Source: Candidatus Hermodarchaeota archaeon
GTDB lineage: Archaea; Asgardarchaeota; Hermodarchaeia; Hermodarchaeales; Hermodarchaeaceae
NCBI GenBank assembly: GCA_016839365.1
Contig: JAEOUH010000064.1
Location: 1 to 21,116 of the forward strand
Direction of reading: 5' to 3'
Length of the DNA stretch: 21,116 nt
Shown here: positions 16,590-21,116 of the stretch, piece after piece
How positions within the stretch are numbered: the first letter of the stretch is position 1
How the letters are laid out: every line of letters begins with the position of its first letter
Notes under the pieces: model-generated
Seen by the model: only the letters and a program-made list of their open reading frames with translations
Database searches by the model: none
Told to the model about the DNA's origin: nothing
Program-made: the position numbers and the translations under genes

Positions 16590-17723
16590 CTAGACCTCTG
16601 CTTTGGTGGACTTCTTCTTTTTCGCTTTGGGAGGTTCCTTAGCGGGCCATCGACGATTTGTTTCGAGGGCTCGATCGATGGCAATTTCAGCTATAGCGCT
16701 GGAGTGTTCGAGGATTTTTCCAAAGGAATCGAAGATGTTTTCTAAGCAGAACATAGCCTTTTGGTGGGGGCCAAAGAGTGCGCAGCTTTCGGGAGTGAGT
16801 TTGGGTAGCATTTGTTCACAGAGTTTGACTAGGTGCTGTTCCATAAGCTCCTCGGCTTGTTGCCGCATGGGAACGAAATAATCGATCTCATTGATGACGT
16901 GATTAGCCGCTTTGTCATCACCCACCAGCATGGATTCTGCGGCCATGGTATAGACTCGGTGAACGTGGTTTCCCGTCTTTAACGCTAGGTTAAGGAGATC
17001 TTTCGGGCATTCTTCGTTTCCAAGCGTGATGACTGATTGAGCGACACCCTTTGCATGGTCGGCTACATTCTCAATGCGTTGGATGAACATTAGATAGGTG
17101 AGACAGTCCATTGAATCGATATTTAGCTCATTCATGAACCGAGGGTCCAGCAGAGCGGCTCGGAGTTGTTTGAACACTAGAAAGTAGAATTGGTTGACAT
17201 CTTCATCAAGGCCGATGACTGTTTGTGCAAGTTCGACATCTCGGATTTGAAGTGCTGAAAGGGCATCTACGAGCATGGTGGAGGTGATGCGATGGGCTAG
17301 GCGCATGCTTTTGGGTAAATCGAGTTGGTTGAGCTTCATCAGGGATTGGATGACGATTTCGTTGGTGCTGGCATCAATGATTTGTAAGCCTGTTAACATG
17401 CGCACTCGTTGCCGTACAAGTGATTGTTGTTCCGGAGTGAAAACACCTTTTGACCGTAGGTGGATGAGGCCAAAATTGTTTAGATAAGCGGCGATGAGGC
17501 GCCGTTCAAGAATACCAGGCTCATCCGTTGGATCAATGATAATTTCTTGTTCAGAGGGTGTATCAGTGAACTCTTTGACTGGATAAAGGGCCAAGGAACG
17601 GTCACGTTGTGGAATTAGAATGAGATGATCGCCGGAGTTCAGTTTGAATTCTTCCGTCCAGCTTTTAGGAATGGAAACGACTAGCGAGGATTTGCCTAGC
17701 CGCATAATCTTCCGTTTCTCCAT
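16590..17723 (-). CDS. phoU: Archaeal phosphate uptake regulator: AbrB-like DNA-binding domain + PhoU domains
   Basis: N-terminal RKIMRLGKSSLVVSIPKSW; RRLIAAYL; PhoU motifs VIGLDEDVN and RIENVADHA. Confidence 0.92.
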   Translation of the reverse strand: MEKRKIMRLGKSSLVVSIPKSWTEEFKLNSGDHLILIPQRDRSLALYPVKEFTDTPSEQEIIIDPTDEPGILERRLIAAYLNNFGLIHLRSKGVFTPEQQSLVRQRVRMLTGLQIIDASTNEIVIQSLMKLNQLDLPKSMRLAHRITSTMLVDALSALQIRDVELAQTVIGLDEDVNQFYFLVFKQLRAALLDPRFMNELNIDSMDCLTYLMFIQRIENVADHAKGVAQSVITLGNEECPKDLLNLALKTGNHVHRVYTMAAESMLVGDDKAANHVINEIDYFVPMRQQAEELMEQHLVKLCEQMLPKLTPESCALFGPHQKAMFCLENIFDSFGKILEHSSAIAEIAIDRALETNRRWPAKEPPKAKKKKSTKAEV

Positions 17724-17780
17724 AGCTCAACCCTTCTAGGCTTATTCTAGGACCGTGTAATTAGCCATCCTGCTTGTATC

Positions 17781-17813
17781 GTCTATATATCTTGCTCACC
17801 GTCAATATTTCTT
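17781..17813. repeat. Imperfect direct repeat GTCWATATWTCTT x2 with a 20-bp period
   Basis: GTCTATATATCTT at 17781 and GTCAATATTTCTT at 17801 (11/13 identical); a weaker ATCTAT follows at 17821. Confidence 0.5.
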
Positions 17814-17904
17814 ATATCAAATCTATGCTGACAATACTTTCTGAAATGAAATAAAGGAACGCTTTTTAGGTGAGACCGGCTGCCTGCTATCCGCATCAAG
17901 AGTT

Positions 17905-18216
17905 ATGCCAGGTGCAAAAGAAATGGGTCAGATGCAATATGTGGAAATCATCATTCGTGGAGATTTAATGCTACGGCAAATTATCCGGAAAATCGGTGAG
18001 TGGTTACAGGACACCGATATGGATGCCGATTTTAGTTCCACGATCATCGTACCGCCTTGGCGAATGGCGACAAAAATTGAATATCCGTCTCTGGCAGTTC
18101 TACATGCGGAGGTCACTGCGAAGGATATCCACCGGTTTAAAGCTTTGTTGCAAGAATTGCTTGAAGAGGAAAAGTGTCAGCTCATTGCTTGGAACAAATT
18201 AGAAAAACGTTGTTGA
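17905..18216 (+). CDS. Small hypothetical protein, possibly ACT/ferredoxin-like fold
   Basis: 103 aa (start may be at a later Met); alternating beta/alpha pattern; first gene of the plus-strand run; TTTTTAG upstream at 17863. Confidence 0.6.
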   Translation: MPGAKEMGQMQYVEIIIRGDLMLRQIIRKIGEWLQDTDMDADFSSTIIVPPWRMATKIEYPSLAVLHAEVTAKDIHRFKALLQELLEEEKCQLIAWNKLEKRC

Positions 18217-18243
18217 TTAACTTTTGAATGGAGGAGACAAGGG

Positions 18244-19698
18244 GTGGCAAATCGATTCGAAGATCAGGAGGAGGTCGCTAAAAACCCTGTCGATGCCACC
18301 GAAAATGAAGCAGCAGAGCGTCATTTCTCACTCCCGAAGTGGCGCCCTGGAAAGAACTTTGTCAAGCTTGTTGCTAGCTTGGTTGCGGCTACTGTCACTT
18401 ACCTTGTGACATATTCCCTTGAGCCACAGCTTAGGATGGCACTTGTGCTCCTCATTTTAGCCGCGGCTTTGTGGATTACCGAGTCAATTCCTTTGGCTGC
18501 AACTTCGTTATTGATTGCGCTTCTCCAGCCTTTGTGGGGCCTTCAAAGTTTTTCCGACGCGTTAGTGCCTTTCTTTAGTCCCGTCGTGGTGTTACTTCTT
18601 GGCGGATTTCTCTTAGCCATCGCTGTAGATAAACACGATTTAGATGAACGGATTGGAGAAGCCCTTCTCAAGCGGTTGGGGACTAACCCCCGCTGGATTG
18701 TCTTGGGGTTGATGCTAGGCACGGCTCTGCTCTCTATGTGGATATCCAATACGGCTGCGGCAGCTTTGATGATTACCATTGCGTTACCAGTAGCGAATCG
18801 TGTTGAAGACCCGGAAGGTAAGTTGCAAAAAATCATGGTACTTGCGGTGGCATATGCAGCAACAATTGGAGGTTTTATTACGCTCATTGGCAGTCCCCCG
18901 AATGCATTAGCGGCCGCGTTTCTAGCTATCTCCCCTGCGGCGACGCCCATTTCGTTTCTGGGCTGGTCATTGTATACGTTGCCTATGTCTTTCTTGTTAA
19001 TTTTCATCACGTGGATGGTTCTCTTTGCCCGGTTTCGGACAAAGGTCAAATATATTCCCCCAACGAAGACAATGGAGGCACGAAGCTTGACGGGGAAACA
19101 AAAAGGCACGCTCACTATTTTCCTTTTGGCGGTGATTCTCTGGCTAACCGAGCCTTTCCATCCTTTGAACTCATCGATGGTCGCCGTAGCTGTGGCAATT
19201 GTGTTGTTTGCTATTGGTTTGCTTAAAAAAGAAGATGTGAAAAAAGCTGACTGGAATACACTCCTTCTGTTTGGCGGGGGCCTAAGCCTTGGAGCGGCTT
19301 TGACTGTGTCTGGACTAGCGGATGTCATCACAAATGGGGTTCTCACTTTGGTCCCCGTGTTGGGTTATGCAGGAATCGTAATCCTATTAGCTATGAGTGC
19401 GCTGCTCTTCAGCATGGTGGCTAGCAATACGGCGAGTGCCAGTATTTTCATCCCCATCTCGATCAGCATTGCACTTGCCATCGGAGCCAACCCCGTGGTC
19501 TTTGCTGTACTAATTGCGATTGCCTGCAGTATTGACTTCATGCTTCCGATTGGAACACCTCCCAATGCCATTGCGTATAGTACTGAGCGGGTGACCATGA
19601 AAGACATGATTACTGCAGGTTTTGCCATCAACCTTCTTAGCCTCTTGATCGTTATGTTATTTGCCTTCTTCGTTTGGCCTTACATGCCTGTTATCTAA
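18244..19698 (+). CDS. DASS/SLC13 family anion transporter
   Basis: WITESIP, SMWISNTA, IGSPPNA, WNTLLLFGGGL, ASNTA, LPIGTPPNAI; many TM helices; GGAGG SD. Confidence 0.93.
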   Translation: MANRFEDQEEVAKNPVDATENEAAERHFSLPKWRPGKNFVKLVASLVAATVTYLVTYSLEPQLRMALVLLILAAALWITESIPLAATSLLIALLQPLWGLQSFSDALVPFFSPVVVLLLGGFLLAIAVDKHDLDERIGEALLKRLGTNPRWIVLGLMLGTALLSMWISNTAAAALMITIALPVANRVEDPEGKLQKIMVLAVAYAATIGGFITLIGSPPNALAAAFLAISPAATPISFLGWSLYTLPMSFLLIFITWMVLFARFRTKVKYIPPTKTMEARSLTGKQKGTLTIFLLAVILWLTEPFHPLNSSMVAVAVAIVLFAIGLLKKEDVKKADWNTLLLFGGGLSLGAALTVSGLADVITNGVLTLVPVLGYAGIVILLAMSALLFSMVASNTASASIFIPISISIALAIGANPVVFAVLIAIACSIDFMLPIGTPPNAIAYSTERVTMKDMITAGFAINLLSLLIVMLFAFFVWPYMPVI

Positions 19699-19718
19699 CC
19701 ATAAGGAAGAGAACATCG

Positions 19719-20492
19719 ATGTTTGCGAAATATGACCCCGAACGAATAATCAAACGGGTTTTTGGAGCAACGCCAGATCAAATTAGCTCCACGGTCCTTA
19801 TTGTGCCTGCGAAAGGCTATATCGCTGAACTAGTTGAGCAACTTCAACAGCCACAGCCATTTGGCACTTGGTTCACAGGAGTTTCTGGTTATTTAGAAGA
19901 TAATCTGTACATCACGGTGTTGGATAATATCCGGTATGCGCCTGGTATAGCAGATTGCGTATATTTTCTGCAATTTGCAGGAGTGAAGAACATCTTCTAC
20001 ACAGGTGCGATTGGCGGGCTAGCGAAGTGGATGGAAATCGGTGATTTTGTATTGGCTAAGGATTGCGAGCGAGGAGATGGGGCATCCGGATATTTTGCGT
20101 CTCTTTTTGAACGGGCCTGTGTGTGCACCGAGTTAGCTAGACATGTGCAGCCAATTCTTCAGTCTGTGGCTGACGAGGAGGGTTACCGGCTTTTCGTTGG
20201 AGATATTTTCACCACTGACTCGTTGGCAGCAGAAACGATCGAGTTTTTGTCAGCATTGTCGGAGAAGGGGTTTATGGGCATTGAAATGGAGACAAGTGCT
20301 CTGTATACTGTATCACATGCTGTGGGAATTAATGCGGTTGCGGCACATATTGTTTCGGATTTACCCCTCGAAGGCAAAAGTCTCTTTGATGACCTGACAA
20401 AGAAAGAAAAAGAAAGAAGGGCAAGCGCCCATTCAGCCATCATCCGAGCCCTAACCAAGGCCATCATGACCTTGCCTGATGCCGCTGAATAG
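19719..20492 (+). CDS. Nucleoside phosphorylase (PNP/UDP family 1)
   Basis: YTGAIGGL, IGDFVL, RGDGAS, IFTTDS, IEMETSAL, IVSD. The start is set at ATG 19719 to avoid overlap with the transporter. Confidence 0.88.
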   Translation: MFAKYDPERIIKRVFGATPDQISSTVLIVPAKGYIAELVEQLQQPQPFGTWFTGVSGYLEDNLYITVLDNIRYAPGIADCVYFLQFAGVKNIFYTGAIGGLAKWMEIGDFVLAKDCERGDGASGYFASLFERACVCTELARHVQPILQSVADEEGYRLFVGDIFTTDSLAAETIEFLSALSEKGFMGIEMETSALYTVSHAVGINAVAAHIVSDLPLEGKSLFDDLTKKEKERRASAHSAIIRALTKAIMTLPDAAE

Positions 20493-20502
20493 ATGCGCTC
20501 GA

Positions 20503-20820
20503 TTATGCTTTCGCAACAAAGAGTAGAATTACTCCAATGAGCATGAGAATTCCGACGAGAAATCCCCAGGTCCCAAGAACAAGGTAGGCCGCGACGAGGA
20601 AAATAATTGAAAACACCAGAAGTAGAATTGCATAAGTTTGGAAGTACCGCTTATAGATACGAAAGGTGAAGATGAGACACACTAGGCCGAGACCAAGATA
20701 GATGACGCCACTGATGAGGCTAAGAGCTACTAAATCTATCACACCGAGGATAACTGCAACAATTGATGCGACAAAGCAAAGGACAGTACCTGCGAGCACA
20801 AGACCAGAATCTTTTGCCAA
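20503..20820 (-). CDS. Small membrane protein with about four TM helices
   Basis: Four hydrophobic segments; probable TTG start at 20820 with a GGTGA SD (alternative ATG at 20844). Confidence 0.75.
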   Translation of the reverse strand: MAKDSGLVLAGTVLCFVASIVAVILGVIDLVALSLISGVIYLGLGLVCLIFTFRIYKRYFQTYAILLLVFSIIFLVAAYLVLGTWGFLVGILMLIGVILLFVAKA

Positions 20821-20924
20821 GGTTGTCACCAGACCCTCATGCATCGAAGCTTCCCTTAAAGTCTTCTGATGAAATTTCCATATCTCTTTTCTTATTGAAA
20901 AAATTCTGAATTTTGAACGATGGC

Positions 20925-20931
20925 TTTTTAT
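20925..20931 (+). promoter_or_regulatory. Putative TATA box for the transcript running off the right end
   Basis: TTTTTAT, the motif seen before other genes in the window. Confidence 0.4.
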
Positions 20932-21067
20932 CGACATTACCTGACTCACCTATCAACCTCTAATCCCGCAGCCCCCGAACCGTTCCCTGGGGGGCATGGA
21001 GTTGATGTAAATGAACACATGGAAGTATTTTGACATTACACACAAGCATCATGTACTCTGTAATCCA

Positions 21068-21116
21068 ATGAGTGAAGAGAAATTCGAACGTTTCTGTCAA
21101 CTTCTCAACCTTCCAA
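21068..21116 (+). CDS. Probable start of a CDS truncated by the window edge
   Basis: MSEEKFERFCQLLNLP is open to the end of the window; too short to identify. Confidence 0.45.
   Translation, partial: MSEEKFERFCQLLNLP

Noticed and set aside
18543-19346. 267-aa minus-strand ORF and the many other short antisense or alternate-frame ORFs in the track
   Set aside because: They are shadows of well-supported genes, with no motifs or SD support.
19674-19718. N-terminal extension of the nucleoside phosphorylase
   Set aside because: It overlaps the transporter's 3' end; the ATG at 19719 is more plausible.
20845-20949. N-terminal extension of the membrane protein
   Set aside because: It runs through AT-rich promoter-like DNA; an SD-supported start lies at 20820 (or the ATG at 20844).
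20962-20997. AATCCCGCAGCCCCCG resembles a tRNA 3' end, followed by GGGGGC (att remnant or permuted tRNA)
   Set aside because: No T-stem 5' strand, D arm or anticodon arm can be built, and no integrase is present in the window.
20993-21060. Fluoride riboswitch-like ATGGAGT...TAAA
   Set aside because: It lacks the GATGRxGTTC P1 stem and the GCTRATGAC pseudoknot segment.
1-21116. CRISPR array, IS/transposase, integrase, rRNA or tRNA genes
   Set aside because: No repeat-spacer pattern, recombinase motifs or cloverleaf seen; all intergenic gaps are about 250 nt or shorter.

Overview
This is an archaeal chromosomal window with GGAGG/GGTGA Shine-Dalgarno motifs and TTTTTAT-type TATA boxes. An Asgard-type longin protein suggests Asgard archaea (inference). 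The core is a tightly coupled minus-strand operon hdrA-mvhD fusion / hdrA / mvhD / mvhG / mvhA, with no hdrB or hdrC in the window. Nearby are an MBL hydrolase, a cytoplasmic PAS histidine kinase with a stand-alone receiver, metV-metF, and a convergent divergent 'core' methionine-synthase-like gene. The left side holds a ferritin-like gene (partial), an SplB-like radical SAM gene, a small wHTH gene, a TPR-like gene and a longin + Ig-like fusion. The right side holds an AbrB-PhoU regulator divergent from a small ORF, a DASS/SLC13 transporter and a nucleoside phosphorylase, followed by a small membrane protein. The strongest candidate for an undescribed system is an HdrBC-less, two-HdrA, two-MvhD hydrogenase module in which both HdrAs appear to lack the conserved FAD-site Glu; it could act as an H2-driven electron donor to MetVF. 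No rRNA, tRNA, CRISPR array or mobile element is supported. All assignments come from motif recognition by eye; no searches were run.
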